Assembly (NCBI GenBank): GCA_026770705.1
Contig: JANJGN010000006.1
Span: 45,136,001 to 45,200,000, forward strand
Reading direction: 5' to 3'
From: Isurus oxyrinchus
Lineage: Eukaryota
DNA length: 64,000 bases
Below are positions 25,788-39,195 of the stretch, piece after piece. Numbering within the stretch: position 1 is the stretch's first letter; each line of letters opens with the position of its first letter. The notes under the pieces are model-generated. The model saw only the letters and a program-made list of their open reading frames with translations, was not told the DNA's origin and searched no databases. The translations under genes and the position numbers were made by a program.

Positions 25788-28700
25788 ACAGCGATAGAAG
25801 GATGAGTGATGTGTTGCTGCTGCAATAAGTGAGCGCTGCTGGACACCAAGGTGATCCAGAGTGAACACATCTTTACCAGATGTTGCAGCTCAAGGAACTT
25901 TGGATCCGAGTTAAGGAGCTGGAGTCTGAGCTGCAGACGTGGCACCACATCAGGGAGGGGGAAAGTTACCTAGACACTTTGTTCCAGGAGGTGGTCACAC
26001 CTCTCAGATTAGGTCATTCAAATTTGGTCTGTGATCAAGGATGGGAGGGTGTGCCTGCAGGTGAAACAGAAATGGGGACCCAGGGGCTAGCGTTCAAGGA
26101 GCCTCAGCTCCTGCAACTGTCCAACAGTTACGAGGTTATTGCAAGCTGTGTGGACGAGAGCGGAGACTGCAGGGAGTATGAGCGAACTGACCATGGCACC
26201 ATGGTACAGGGAGCCATTCAAGTTGGGGGAGAAAATAGGAACATAGTAGTGGTAGGGGACAGTGTAATGAGGGGGATAGATGCTGTTCTCTGCAGCCATG
26301 AACGTGAGTCCTGAAGGCTGTGCTGCCTGTCCTGTGCCAGGCTTAAGGACATCTCCTCAGGATTGGAGAGGAACTTGGAGTGGGAGGGGAGGGATCCAGT
26401 TGTCGTTGTCCACACTGGTATCAATGACATTGATAGGGCTAGAAAGGAGGTTTTGCTGAAATAATTTGAACAGTTAGGAGTTAAATTAAAAAGCAAAATC
26501 TCCCAGGTAATAATGTTGGGATTACTACCTGAGTCACGGGCAAACTGGCATAGGGTAAATAAAGTCAAAGAGTTAAATGCGTGGCTCAGATATTGGTGTG
26601 GGGGGAATGGGTTTCAGTTCATGGAGCACTGGCATCAGTGCTGGGGTAGAAGAGAGCTGTTCCAGTGGGATGGGCTTCATTTGAACCGTGCTGGTACCAG
26701 TGTCCTGGTGAACCAAATAACTAGGGCTATAGAGAGGTCTTTAAACTAAAAAGGGGGGGGGGGGGGTGGCTCTGGAAAGGGGATCTGTAGGCTTACAAAG
26801 CAAAAGGATGTGGCAGCTTTGCAGGGCAGACATTTAGGTAATGATACCCAGAGTGTGACAAGAAGGGACAGAATATACAAACATTAAAAAAAGCAGCAAA
26901 TAGGGTCAAAAGGGGAAAAGAATGATCAAACAGCAAAATTAATGGTTCTTTACTTAAATGCATATAGTATTTGGAACAAAATAAATGAATTAACGGCACA
27001 AATAGAGGTTAATGGCTGTGATCTTATAGCTATTAATGAGATGTGGTTACAAGGAGATCAACGCTGAGAACCAAATATTCAGGGTTTTCGAAAGAACAGG
27101 CAGGAAGGAAAGGGTGGTGGGGTAGCTTTGTTAGTATGAGATGGAATAAATACAATGGCAAGAAAAGATCTTGGATCAGAAGATGTAGAATCCAAATGGG
27201 TGGACGTAAGAAGTAACAAGGGGAAGGAGATACTGGTGAGAGTAGTCTATAGGCCCTCTTAACAGTAACTATACTGTAGGACAGAGAATAAATCAGGAGA
27301 TAATGAGGGCATGTAAGAAAAGCAGTAAATTAATCATGGGTGACTTTAATCTCCATGTAGATTGGGCAAATCAAATTGGCAGAGGTAACCACAAGCTGTA
27401 ATTCATAGAGTGTATTTGGGACAGTTTCCCAGAACAATATGTTGTGGATCTAACCAGGGATCAGGCTATTTTGGATCTGGTAATGTGTAATAAGGAAGGT
27501 TTAATAAATAATCTCAGAGAAAAAGATACCCTAGAAAACAGTGACCATAATATGGTAGAATTTAGCATTCAGTTTGAGAGTGAGAAACTTGGGTTGGAAA
27601 CAACCGTGCTAAACTTAGATAAGGGTAATTAGAAAGGAATGAGGGCAGAGTTGGCTGGAGTGGACTTGGATAGGATTTTAGCAGAAAAAAAGCTTGATGA
27701 ACAATGGCAGATATTGAAGAAAATAGTTCATGACTCTCAACAAAAATATATCCCAGTGAGGAAGAAGGATTCGAGGAATGGGATAAACAAATCATGGTTA
27801 ACCAAGGAAGTTAAAGATAGTATCAAATTAAAAGAAAAGACATACAATGTGACAAAGATTAGTGATAAACCAGCTGATTGGGAAAGTTTTAAAAACAAAC
27901 AGAAGATAACCAAAAAATAGTAGAGGGAGAAAATAAACTTTGAGGGTAAACTAGCAAATAATATAAAAATGGACAGTAAGAGCTTCTTTAAATATATAAA
28001 AAGGAAAAGAGAGGCCAAGGTGATCTTAGGTTTCTTACAGAACGAGGCTGGGGAAATAATAATGGGGAACCAGGAAATGGCAAAGTACTTGAATACTTTG
28101 CTTCAGTCTTCACGGTAGAAGACACTAATAGCATTCCAATACTAAATAATCAAGAGGAGAAAGAAGGGGAGGAAATAAATGCAATAACTATCACCAGAGA
28201 AAAGTACCAGGGAAACTAATGGGGCTAAAGGCTAATAAGTCCCTTCGACCTGATGGGTTGCATCATAGGATATTAAAGGAAGTAGCTGCAGAGATAGTGG
28301 ATGCACAAGTGGTAATCTCCCAAGAATCCATAGATTCTGGAAAAGTCCCAGAGGATTGGAAAACTGCCAATGTAACACCCTTATTCAAAAAGGGAGAGAG
28401 ACAAAAAATGGTAGCTATAGGCTTAACATCTGTCATTTGGGAAATATTAGTTTCTATTATAAAGGGTAATAGCAGAGCATTTAGAATTACATAATCTAAC
28501 CAAGTAGAGTCAGCATGGCTTCATGAAGAGGAAATCATGCCTGACAACTTTATTAGAATTCTTTGAGGAGGTAACAAGCAGGATAGATAAAGGGGAACCA
28601 GTAGATGTGATATATTTGCATTTCTAAAAGTCATTCAATAAGGTATTGCACGTAAGGCTACTTAATAAGATAAGAGCCCATGGCATTGGGGGTAGTATAT

Positions 28701-29811
28701 TAGCATGAATAGAAGATTGGCTAACTAATAGAACACAGAGAGCTGGGAGAAGGGGGGCAGTTTCAGCGTGGCAACCTGTAACACATAGAGTGCAACAGGG
28801 ATCAGTGCTGGGGCCACAATTATTTACAATATATATTAATGACTTGAATGAAGGAATTGAATGTACCATCGCCAAATTTGCAGATGATACATAAATAGGT
28901 GGGAAGGCATGTGGTGAAGATGACACAAAGAGTCTCCAGAGGGATAAAGACAGGTTAAGTGAGTGGGAAAAAAAGTAAAAAGTGGCAAATGGAATATAAT
29001 GTGGGAAAATGTGAGGTTATGCACTTTGGCAGAAAGAATAGAGGAGCTGAATATTATTTAAATGGAGGAAGACTGCAGAAGGCTGCAGCACAGAGGGATT
29101 TGGCAGTCCTTGTGTATGAATCCTAAAAAGCTAACATAGAAGTTCAACAGGTAATAGGGAAGGCAAATGGAATGTTGGCCTTTATTTCAAAGGTAATGGA
29201 ATATAAAAATAGGGAAGCCTTGATAAAACTATGCATGGCACTGGTTAGACCATGCCTAGAATGCTGTGAACAATTTTGGTCCCCTTATCTAAGGAAAGAT
29301 ATACTGGCATTGGAGGCAGTCCAGGTTGATCTTGAGTATGGAGGGATTTTCTTATGAGGAGAGGTTGAGTAGGTTAGGTCTGTACTCATTGGAGTTTAGA
29401 AGAATGAGAGGTGACCTCACTGAAACATATAAGATTCTTAGGAGGCTTGACAGGGTAGATAATGAGAGGTTCTTTCCCCCTGTGGGAGTCTAGGACCAGA
29501 GGGCATAATCTCAGAGTAAGGGGTCACCCATTTAAGATAGAGATGAGGAGGAATTTCTTCTCTCAGGGGGTAGTTAATCTGTGGAATTCTTTACCACGGA
29601 GGGCAGTAGAAGCTGAGTTTTTAAATATATGCAAGGCTGAGATAGACAGATTTTTCAATCAGTATGGGAATCAAGGGCCATGGGGAAAAGGCAGGAATGT
29701 GGAATTGAGGATTATCAGATCAGCCATGATCTCATTGAATGGCAGAGCAGACTCGATGGACCAAATGGCCTACTTCTGCTCGTACATTTTATGGCCTTAT
29801 GGTCTTATGGT
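25788..29811 (+). mobile_element. Near full-length degenerate CR1 LINE inserted in the Gypsy integrase tail
   Basis: ORF1 esterase (VVGDS, WDGLHLN); EN (YLNA, GGGVAL, GDFN, SDHN); RT (PDGLH, QHGF, QGSVLGP, FADDT); (CTTATGGT)n tail; TGGT at both junctions. Confidence 0.95.
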
Positions 29812-29929
29812 TCCCTTGACTTTTCTCCACCTTCCCCTCCAAATTGGGAAGTATTAAGTTCAGTCTTGTCTGAAGACGACACCTCATCAGTAATTCTGCA
29901 TCTTCTTTCTACGTGTCTCCTTTTTACCA

Positions 29930-30470
29930 CAGAGCTTCATCTAGGCTTTCTTTTTGACTTCACAGTTGGCCAGGCTTCTCTCAGATGCAATCTCAACTTG
30001 TTTCAGTTCAGTAGCTGAGCTACCCAAGACTTCATTATCTGCTTGCATCTTGGAAAGTTCTAGGATTTTCACTTCCAAAACTTCTTTAGCTTCACTCAGC
30101 TGACTCTTCAGCTCTTCTGTTTCTTTCTTGCATCTGTTGGCTCCCTCCTGGAAAGTTGAACATTGCTGCATCTTCCCTGCCAACTGGGTCTTCAGTTTGT
30201 TCAGGGAGGTGTCAAATCTTCCTGTTTCTCTTCATACTTTTCCAGAGGCACAAACGTTGACCTGAGGGAACCTTATAATGTGTGAAGGTCTTTCAACAGG
30301 TTTTCCTTTTCTTTGTGAAGGTTACTCACTTCGCTTGGAACTCTGTCATTCAGCATAGTCTCCTTAAGTTTCTTCTGCTGTTCTTCAATGTTGTTGTTTA
30401 AGGCAGTTTTTATTTCTTCAGACTGTTAAATCGTACACACTCCTTTCTCATCCTGTTGCAATCCTCAGAC
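29930..30470 (-). pseudogene. Coiled-coil fragment resembling the UACA/RAI14/ANKRD24 repeat, inside the LTR element
   Basis: Stitched translation QSEEIKTALNNNIEEQQKKLKETMLNDRVPSEVSNLHKEKENLLKDLHTL*GSLRSTFVPLEKYEEKQE/FDTSLNKLKTQLAGKMQQCSTFQEGANRCKKETEELKSQLSEAKEVLEVKILELSK; the VPLE..EE spacer between heptad runs is typical of this family. Similarity judged from memory. Confidence 0.65.
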
Positions 30471-30479
30471 TCTTCAGGC

Positions 30480-31758
30480 TCTTTCTGAAGTACCTTGCCT
30501 TGTTCCTTTTTCCAGACAAGAACTCTTCCAGCTTCCTTTGGAAATCTCACTGGCCAATCAAGGTTAATTTCCCTTTTCCAAATTAGACCTAGAAGGCTTG
30601 GTCCTCTGCCTTTCAATACTATCACTGGTAGATATGCCAATTAGTTTGTATAATGAACAGTTGCTCTGGTGATACCTTTCACTTGGATTTCTTCGCCTGT
30701 GTAGGTTTTAAACTTTGCAGATGTTTGTTCCAATTTTAATTGTTGACCATCTTTATTTAACTATCTGAAAGTATGTTCTCCTATTAGAGTGGTGGAAGCT
30801 CCCGTGTCTACTTCCATTTTTAATGGTTTACCATTTTCTTGCACTGTAACAAATATTGGCTCTGTCTTCCTAACTTTCATGTTGAAAAGTGAATAAATGT
30901 CAGAATTTGTTGTTTCAGGCTCTTCTACATTATAAACTTCATTGGACTTCATTTGTTGTTTGGAAGCCTGTTTAAATCTTGCTTTGCACTGTCTCATTAT
31001 CTGTCCACTTATGTGACAAAAATAACATTCTACTTTTTAAAATTGCCAACCGCTAAAAGACTGATTGTTTCCACATTGCTGAAAGTTATTTTTTGATTTA
31101 GTTACTAAGCAGTTTCTTCTCAATTTTCAGTTAGTGGGGGCTGTTACCCACTTTGCGACAGAGTCCCAGCTTTTCACGCGACATTCGGCTAACCGTTCCT
31201 GCCCTATTTGGAGTACGGGGCCATTTTGTGCCCCTTGGATTACTTGTGAATCCCTTACAGCGCTTTCCATTGCCAGTGCTATTTCTAACACCTCTTTAAA
31301 ATCAAAATTCACTTCAGCCAGCAATATTCACTGAATAGTGTCTCTCTGTACGCTGCATATAAATGATCTCTGAGCATGTCATGTCATTCAGGGTTTCACC
31401 AAAATCACAATATTCCATTAGTTGCTTTAATTTCACTACGTAAGTAGCAATTGTCTCACTCTGAGCTGTACTTAGTGAATTGAACCTGAACATCTGCATT
31501 GTGACGGAGGGCTTGGGTTGAAATTGTCCCTTATCGAGGTCTACTAATTCACTGAAAGTCTTCGAATCTGGGACACTGGGGGCTGTCAAACTTCGAACCA
31601 AACTGTAGGTTTTGCTCCCACAAGTACTTAGGAGGATCGCTGTCCTCTTCTTCCTCCATGATTTTGTTTGCTTGAAAGAAGAACGCAAGGCATTCTATAT
31701 ACTGACACCAACTGTCCATGGCTGGCTCAAAGGGATCGATTCTACTGCACTGTGGCAT
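30480..31758 (-). pseudogene. Degenerate Gypsy gag plus aspartic protease
   Basis: MPQCSRIDPFEPAMDSWCQY; AILLSTCG; decayed Zn knuckle CYFCHISGQIMRQC; NGKPLKMEVDTGAS; collinear with the element at 61527-62850. Confidence 0.9.
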
Positions 31759-31820
31759 TTCGAATGAATATTTCTTCTGATATTTTTAACACTGACTCTA
31801 ATTTATCTTTGTCATCAGTT

Positions 31821-32048
31821 TGTTATAGAGTTGATCTTCATACAACTCTTAGTGGAAACATTTGGTTTTATGTACAAGACTTTAGTGGCAACTACACACA
31901 TCCAATAAACTCCATAACTAAGAAGTACTCTCCCTTTAGAGGTTTCCTGTGCTGGTTACACATTGGTTTACACAGATCATGTGATCTTACATCACAGGAT
32001 TATTCTTAAAGCTATAGTCCAACATTTCCCAAAAATATAATTACTACA
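31821..32048 (-). repeat. 5' LTR of the Gypsy element
   Basis: Direct repeat of 25028-25263, next to the PBS remnant. Confidence 0.92.
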
Positions 32049-32699
32049 AGGCCCTTAGTGGTTATTAATTGCCCACTTAAGAGCCTCAGTTGGTGGGCAG
32101 GGTAGAAGGTTAACCAAGAGCTTTCCCACCCTAGACTTAATTGGGGTGGAGATGGGAAGGTGGCAGGCTGCTCACCTGCCTCCCTCCTGCCCAATTAAAT
32201 ACCCTCCCCGCCACTACAGAAGACCAAAGATTCCACCCTATAATTCTACAAAGTGGCATCAGGTTGGCATCCTGGCAAAATCCCCCCCTCTTTCAGCTTT
32301 CACCTGGGTGAGTTCCAAGATGAGTAGGGAACCCCTGCCTAGCTATCAGGAAACTCGTTAGGAGATGCAAATTGCCAACCAAGTCTGACTTTAACCCTGT
32401 GATCTGGCTTTAACTAACATTGAAGGGGTTTAACAATGTCCCAACATCTCACCAGGTTGGAGGAGGCATGTGCACACCCAGAAGTCAATGTTGGCTGAAA
32501 CGGATCTCATGGCAACAATATAAAGGCTGAAATCAGCCAGCTTGTAGTTAGCTGCAGCAAAAGGTTAGCACTGACAGGAGCCGTTCTATCCAGTCTGAAT
32601 TCAGTGGTTTCAGAGGGAATTGCAACATTTTGCATTAACTTTCAATTGCACTGGAGTCCATTGCGCTCATCTTCAACTTCATGCCTGTGAGACTTCCCT

Positions 32700-33560
32700 G
32701 CAACATGGGGGCTGTCTATGTTGTAGTAGCTTAGATCCCTGAGGAGGAGCAGCAGCTTGATCCAGCTCAGCAGCCACAGTGACAGAGTCAGCTGCTCCAG
32801 CAGCAACAGCATCGGGTGCCTTCTCCACAGCTATGGGCAGAGAGGATGGACACACAGCTACAGCTCAAAGCAGAGAATGCCTCCAACACAGGGTCATAGG
32901 CCAAGGGTCAGCCTCCTTGACATGTTTGAACAACAGGAGGCTCTTATAGTGGATAGTCACAGAAATCTGCAGCCTTCTGAAAGCAGCCCTTCAGCCAAGA
33001 GGAGCAGCTTGTCCATGACTGTCAAGATCACCGCAGCCCTCAATTTCTTCACCTCCAGCTCCTTCCAGGGATCTGCTGGTGGCATCTCCAAGATTTCACA
33101 ATCTGTAGCCCACAATTGCATCACACAGGTCACCAATGACTTGCTTGTCAAGGCCACCAACTATATTCACATTGACACAGATGAGGCAAGTCAAACCCAG
33201 AGGCTATCGGCTTCATTTCACTCATAGGATCCCACAGGACAAGGCGGTGATTGACTGCACTCATGTGGAAATCAAGACACCATTAGTTCAACCAGGAGTC
33301 TTTGTTAATCAAAATGGTTTCCACTTACTTAGTATGCAGCTGATCTGTTACCACCTCAAGGACATCATGCATGTCTGCACCAGGTATCCAGGGAGCTTTT
33401 ATTACTCCTTCATCCTTTACCAAATACTTCAGTGGTTAGCTCCTAAAAGACAAGGGATACCCATTGAAGACCCGGCTGCTGACTCCAGTGTAAAACTCTA
33501 CCATAGACTCATGGGAGAAGTATAACAGGAATCATGTCAGCATCAGGGCAACAATAGAAC
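32700..33560 (+). mobile_element. Harbinger (HARBI1-like DDE) transposase pseudogene
   Basis: VKITAALNFFTSSSFQ...ISQS.AH.CI.QVT; VIDCTHVEIK.P; FVNQNGFH; YPGS; frameshifted. Confidence 0.85.
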
Positions 33561-33569
33561 ATTGTTAAA

Positions 33570-33860
33570 CTCAATTATTAAATCTAGAATTATAAAGCTA
33601 GTTCCAGTGATGGTGCCATGAAACTATCATTGATTGTTATAAAAACCCATCTGGTTCACTAACGCCCTTTAGGGAAGAAAACCTGGCATTTCTGGTCTAG
33701 ACTACGTGGAACTCCAGACGACAACAATATAGTTAACTCTTAACTGCCCTCTGAAATGGCCTAGCAGGCTATACAATTCAAGGGCATTTAGGGGGGAACA
33801 GCAATGAATTCTGGCTTTGCCAGCGACACCCACATCCCAATAAAAGATAAATTTAAAAAA
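33570..33860 (+). mobile_element. LF-SINE-like copy, 5'-truncated
   Basis: AAAAACCCATCTGGTTCACTAA...AACTGCCCTCTGAAATGGCCTAGC...GCCAGCGACACCCACATCCC. Confidence 0.8.
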
Positions 33861-35949
33861 AGAGGAGCCTAATGTGTCGTTGCTGTCTACAGCCACACAC
33901 CTGACTGCTAGAAAAGTCCACAATGGAATCGTCCAGGCACATATCACTTGAAGCAGTTTGAGAATTCCATCCAAAACCCTGCACCAGCTCTCGTGCCCCT
34001 ACCACCCTGCCTGGTACCAGCACACTTCATTCTACAGTTAACCATCCAACCCATCCCACTTACCCTTTCCTCTTTATCAAGGAAGGAAACTGACCAGGAT
34101 GAATGGGGCATACAACAAATTAGAAGCCATGAGAATGAGGAGACTCTCCTGCTCGCTCTGCCAGTTGACGTTGTGACAAACTGGTCAAGGTTCTCCTTCT
34201 GGATGAGAGCACCAACAGTTAGTAGGGTCTCAGCATTCTGATTCCCTGTTTATTTCCCGGATGTTCCACCAGGATTACTTTGGAACATGGTGCTGGTCAG
34301 GCAGAATGCATGAGGAAATTTGGGTCCCATAAAATGGAGAAAAATATGTTCAAAGCCTGCCATGTCTAACGAAAGCAGAAAGATTAATTCATGAAATTCA
34401 AGATGCTTTCTTTGATATGATGTTGACAGCAAAAAGATCAACTTTCATCCTTACAGTGCCTTTCATGTAGTAAATTGTCTCCAGGTGTTTCACAAGGGAG
34501 AGGAAATTCAAGACAGTCATGCCAAATAAACTGAAGGCTTTTACTAAGAAAGTGGGGAACAAGGCCAAGAGATGTACAGAAAGCCAGAGCCAGACGACCT
34601 AAGAATATAGGTTTGAATATAGGGTTAGAGGAGGCTGCAGAGGTAATGCGGAACAGTACCATAGGGCGATGGTAAATTTTTTAAAAAATGTTGAATTTAA
34701 TGCATTAAAAAATGAGGAACCAATGGAAGTTTAGGGTAAAGCAGTAGAACATTGCCAGCATTATTTGAAGGGACAGGAAAGTGTCAGCCTGAGCTGAGGT
34801 GCAAAGGAAAGGAAATTCCATTATGAACTGCAGAGGCAGGGGAGGAGAATGCTAGCTTGGCTGATGATCAGAAGAGAACTTATAACTAACACAGGGTGGG
34901 AGGGGCAGCAGATAACTAGGTTGGAGGGCAAGATAAGTGTTAGCTTTAGTAGTGGGTGGGGCCAGAGGTGTACAACAGTGCCAATTGAAGTGGAAGAGTT
35001 GGCCAAGGAAAAAGCATTTTAAGAGTGCAGTGCCTCTCTCAACTAGGTCCAGAGATGATAGTGTGCCTCTAGGATGGGGCTATTATGGTGGTTGGCGGTG
35101 GGAGGGTGACTATTGAGGTCACTTTTGAAGAAATAAATGTCTGGTTTGTCTATTAGAAAATAAACATCCCTTCTTTTATAATGAAAAACACCTATCAGTT
35201 TTGAAGTATAAGCATTCATAAAATTAGCCAATATGCATGAATTTTAATATAAAAATTAAAATGTTTCTAGAGATTGTCCCAAGATTCATAAAAATGCCCC
35301 TGCACTCATTGATGTAGGGAGAGCGTAATTTGGAAGGAATGTACTCAATTCTAAATTTACTGCCTACAGCCCTGACTGGAATTTCCCATGATCACTAACT
35401 TTGCCTTATGATTCCCCAATTTGCTATTAGGCATTTTTTTTAAAAAAGGAAAATTTAATTAAAACGTTTTTTCACCTACTAATAGATTATCTGATGCTAC
35501 TGGGAGAAATTGTAAAAGATAAAGAAAATAATTCATTCCCAAATGGTAAATCATAAGTAGTTTTCAATATAAAAACGATCTTCCCTTTTAAATGAAAAGA
35601 ATAAACATGAGGCACATTTTCATTGTAGATTACAAACTACTGGAAAATGTATCAGTTTAAGTAGCAAAAATTCACAAGCCCCAAATTCTGCCAGAGCTGC
35701 TTTGCCAGAGGAAGAATCTCAGACCCTGACCTAAAAAATGAGGATCAGGTAAGTTGCATACTGAGGATTGGCAGCCAGCATCTGGGGGAGGATTTCTTCA
35801 CTGACTGCTCTAAATCGTTAGCAGCAAAGTTGTGGTGGCAAAATGATGCTCCAACAGGAGATGGGAAATGGCCACCAAAATATTAAACGTACCCAAGGCA
35901 ACAAAGTAAATCTGGTGGAGTGGGTTTTGATGATGAAGGGGTAAACTTA

Positions 35950-36078
35950 GGCCAGGATTTTCCGGCCCCGTCTCGGGTGGGACCCACCGCGGGCGAGGCG
36001 GCGCCCCAGCCAGAAGTCCATTCACTTGCGGCAGGACCGGAAGATCGTGGCGGCGAGCAGATGCGAAAAATCCCGCTG
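35950..36078. mobile_element. Short GC-rich Harbinger-type MITE
   Basis: GGCCAGGATTTT / AAAATCCCGCTG ends; TTA/TCA flanks. Confidence 0.55.
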
Positions 36079-36354
36079 TCAGTGTGACAACAGCTCGAAA
36101 TGCTTCTCTGGAGCCAGAACCATAATTTTGAACACTGTTTTTGGGACTTCAGTTGTACCACTCCAATAGATGTCTCCAAAAATGTAATCAGAGTTCTATG
36201 TATTTCAAGGGCATATTAGCAGAGCCCATTTCCAGAAACAAGCAGCATTTCCATTCTCCCGGTGCTTGGTCTGTTTCAGGATAGTTTCAACTGAATTGAG
36301 AGCAGTGGAGACAGTGAACATCTTCCCCCATATTGTCCTTCGCAAACTTAGGAT

Positions 36355-36710
36355 TTCCCAAAAGCGCTTTGGATCATTTTTTTAAGTGTAGTCACCGTTG
36401 AAATGTCAGTAAATGTAGCAATCAGTTCGCATACAGCAAGGTCCCACAAATTGCAAATAAATAAATGGCTAGACCGTTTGTTTTAGTTGTTGGTTGAGGG
36501 GCAAATATCGACCAGGACATCAAGGAGAATTCCTCTGCTCTCCTTCAAATTCTTTCACTCGATCTTTTACATCTACCTGAGAAGACAAACCACACCTCGG
36601 TTTAATGTTTCATTCAAAAGATGATACCTCTGACAACACTATACTGAAGGCTCAACTTAGATTATGTACTGACATCTCTCCAGTGGGGTTGAGCTCTCAA
36701 TCTTCTGATC
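36355..36710 (-). mobile_element. Deu-domain SINE
   Basis: Minus strand ATGAAACATTAAACCGAGG...GATGTAAAAGATC...GAGCAGAGGAATTCTCC...GTCCTGG...CCCTCAACCAAC. Confidence 0.7.
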
Positions 36711-38261
36711 ATCTCTTCCCTGGTGCACAGCTAAGCTTTGGCCGTTGGAAACCTACACCTGAGCCCTTCTGACCTAACAAAGTCTAGAGTGTCCCCAAAG
36801 GGATTTTCAGTACTAAATATTGAGAGAAAACAGACTCTGTATAGCTTTCTTGGCACCTTAGTTTGAAGCATATGGGATGAAACTTACACATAGGTCAAGA
36901 ATTCAGCTGCTTTGCACCGCCCCAAATATTTTTTTAACTACAATTTTTTTTTTTTGTTTCTGAATTGAAAGTCATATATTTTCCTTAATTGTGGTTCCAT
37001 TATCTTATTTTCCTTATCCTCTCAACAGGAACCCTCCAGCATAATGTCCAAGTGTAACTGCAGTGGTTTCTTCAGTGTTCAGTCTCATGTAATGTGTATT
37101 ATGCTGTAGGGTCTGCCAGCCTTAATATATTCATGTAGAGGCTTTCGTGATTTTGCCAGTTGCAATGGATAAATTGTTTCTTTTATGTCAATCTTCCACA
37201 TGCACCCATGTCTGATGTGTGAGTTTAGGATAATGGGCTAATACGTTGTGAAGCTATGATTGTTTGCTGTACATATTGCAATGTGTGCTAACATGAAAGA
37301 GGCTTATTAATATTATTGTGTGATACCCCACACAGGCAAGAATGGGCTAATTTTAAATGATGCATCTGAAATTTATTTTAAAAGATTTAATTATGTTGAT
37401 TTGGTTCACTGGTGTAGATGACAGTCTGGTCAGCTATGATCGAGAACTCCAATAGTATGCGCCATGAAACTATTCAGAATTTGCAATTTTACTGAAGTAA
37501 GTTGGAATTTGTTTCCCAAAATGAGCTGAATTAATACTTTTAGCCCACGCACTCTAAATACTTACTGCTATGCTAACCCATTTAACATTTGCCATTTACC
37601 ACATGCTAATAGGCTGGTTTAAAATTATTGACAATCAACAATTCACCCTAAAAGTTTTTAACAAAAATGGTTATTGATTCAACTTCACATGAGAATGTTG
37701 TTTATCATGACCCTTTAGCAGAAGTGGATAGGTTATTAATAATAATTTTCCTTCACTAGATGACTCTATTTAGAGCAATTTTCACATTTATTTCATCCTG
37801 CAATAAATTATAAGATGCCTTCCATCCACTTTATTATGACCAAGTCCGGAGGGGTGAATAAATTCCTCTCTTTTCCTAAGGTTGGTTATTACAGAGTTTG
37901 AATTTTTAAGAAGTTGGGATTTCTCAATCCCATATGTACTTGACCATATGTAAAGCTATATGAAGAAATAAGCCAGTCAGATTTCTTGAGTTAACAAGGA
38001 AGGAGTTAGTTTTATTGTTAAAAACTCACTCAGGTTTAAGACATATTAAAAAGTAAAAAGACATCCCGAATCCCATGTGTTGGGGTCCTCCGTCACGGAA
38101 CAGGAACCCAAACTGCGTTTATTTAAAAGCATTATCCTTATAGCTATTTCTTAATTTAAATTAGACTTTTCTGCTGAAATAAGACAATTAAGATGGTTAA
38201 CCCTCTGCCTGGGAGTTATCCACACAGTATTCAGAACAAAAGAATTCTCTTGTATAATATA

Positions 38262-38340
38262 AAACAAAAACAGAAAATGCTGGGAAAACTCAGTAGGTCT
38301 AGCAGCACCTGTGGAGAGAGAAACATAATGTTTTGAGTTC
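38262..38340 (-). mobile_element. Older PLE terminal-repeat fragment (continues at 41642-~41675), target of the Neptune insertion
   Basis: Diverged copy of the same terminus (AGAAAATGCTGGGAAAACTCAG...); rejoined halves give a hammerhead-like CUGACGA-AGAG...CUC-AAAA. Confidence 0.75.
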
Positions 38341-38409
38341 AAACAAAAACAAAAACAGAATTACCTGGAAAAACTCAGCAGGTCTGGCAGCATCGGCGGA
38401 GAAGAAAAG

Positions 38410-38448
38410 AGTTGACGTTTCAAGTCCTCATGACCCTTCGACAGAACT
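38410..38448 (-). ncRNA. Minimal hammerhead ribozyme-like motif (variant core CUGUCGA)
   Basis: AGUU-CUGUCGA-AGGGUC AUGAG GACUU-GAAA-CGUC-AACU. Confidence 0.6.
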
Positions 38449-39195
38449 TGAGTTCGAGTCCAAGAAAGAGTTGAAATATAAGCTGGTTTAAGGTGTGTGT
38501 GTGAGGGGCGGAGATAGAGAGAGAGAGAGAGGTGGGGGGGGGTGTGGTTGTAGGGACAAACAAGCAGTGATAGAAGCAGATCATCAAAAGATGTCAGCAA
38601 CAATGGTACAAAAGAACACATAGATGTTAAAGTTAAAGTTGGTGATATTATCCGAACGAATGTGCTAATTAAGAATGGATGGTAGGGCACTCAAGGTATA
38701 GCTCTAGTGGGGGTGCTTTTTTTTAATTTTTTTTAAAAATAATGGAAATAGGTGGGAAAAGGAAAATCTTTATAATTTATTGGAAAAAAAAGGAAGGGGG
38801 AAACAGAAAGGAGGTGGGGATGGGGGAGGGAGCTCACGACCTAAAGTTGTTGAATTCAACATTCAGTCTGGAAGGCTGTAAAGTGCCTAGTCGGAAGATG
38901 AGGTGTTGTTCCTCCAGTTTGCGTTGGGCTTCACTTGAACAATGCAGCAAGCCAAGGACAGACATGTGGGCAAGAGAGCAGGGTGGAGTGTTAAAATGGC
39001 AAGTGTCAGGGAGGTTTGGGTCATTCTTGCGGACAGACTGCAGGTGTTCTGTAAAGCGGTCGCCCAGTTTACGTTTGGTCTCTCCATTGTAGAGGAGACC
39101 ACATTTGGAGCAACGAATGCAGTAGACTAAGTTGGGGGAAATGCAAGTGAAATGCTGCTTCACTTGAAAGGAGTGTTTGGGTCCTTGGACGGTGA

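Larger units (their letters stand above)
25028..32048 (-). mobile_element. Complete non-autonomous Gypsy (Mag-like) LTR element: gag, protease, captured coiled-coil segment, integrase C-tail; interrupted by a CR1
   Basis: TG..CA LTRs at 25028-25263 and 31821-32048; 5-bp TSD AGGCC; PPT AAAGGAGGAGGAA next to the 3' LTR; decayed PBS ~31805-31817; gag IDPF...W.QY; protease MEVDTGAS and GPSLLG; no RT or RNase H motifs. Confidence 0.92.

Noticed and set aside
37029-37057. Good acceptor followed by a short frame (TLQHNVQV*)
   Set aside because: Too short to support; no partner exon or recognised homolog.
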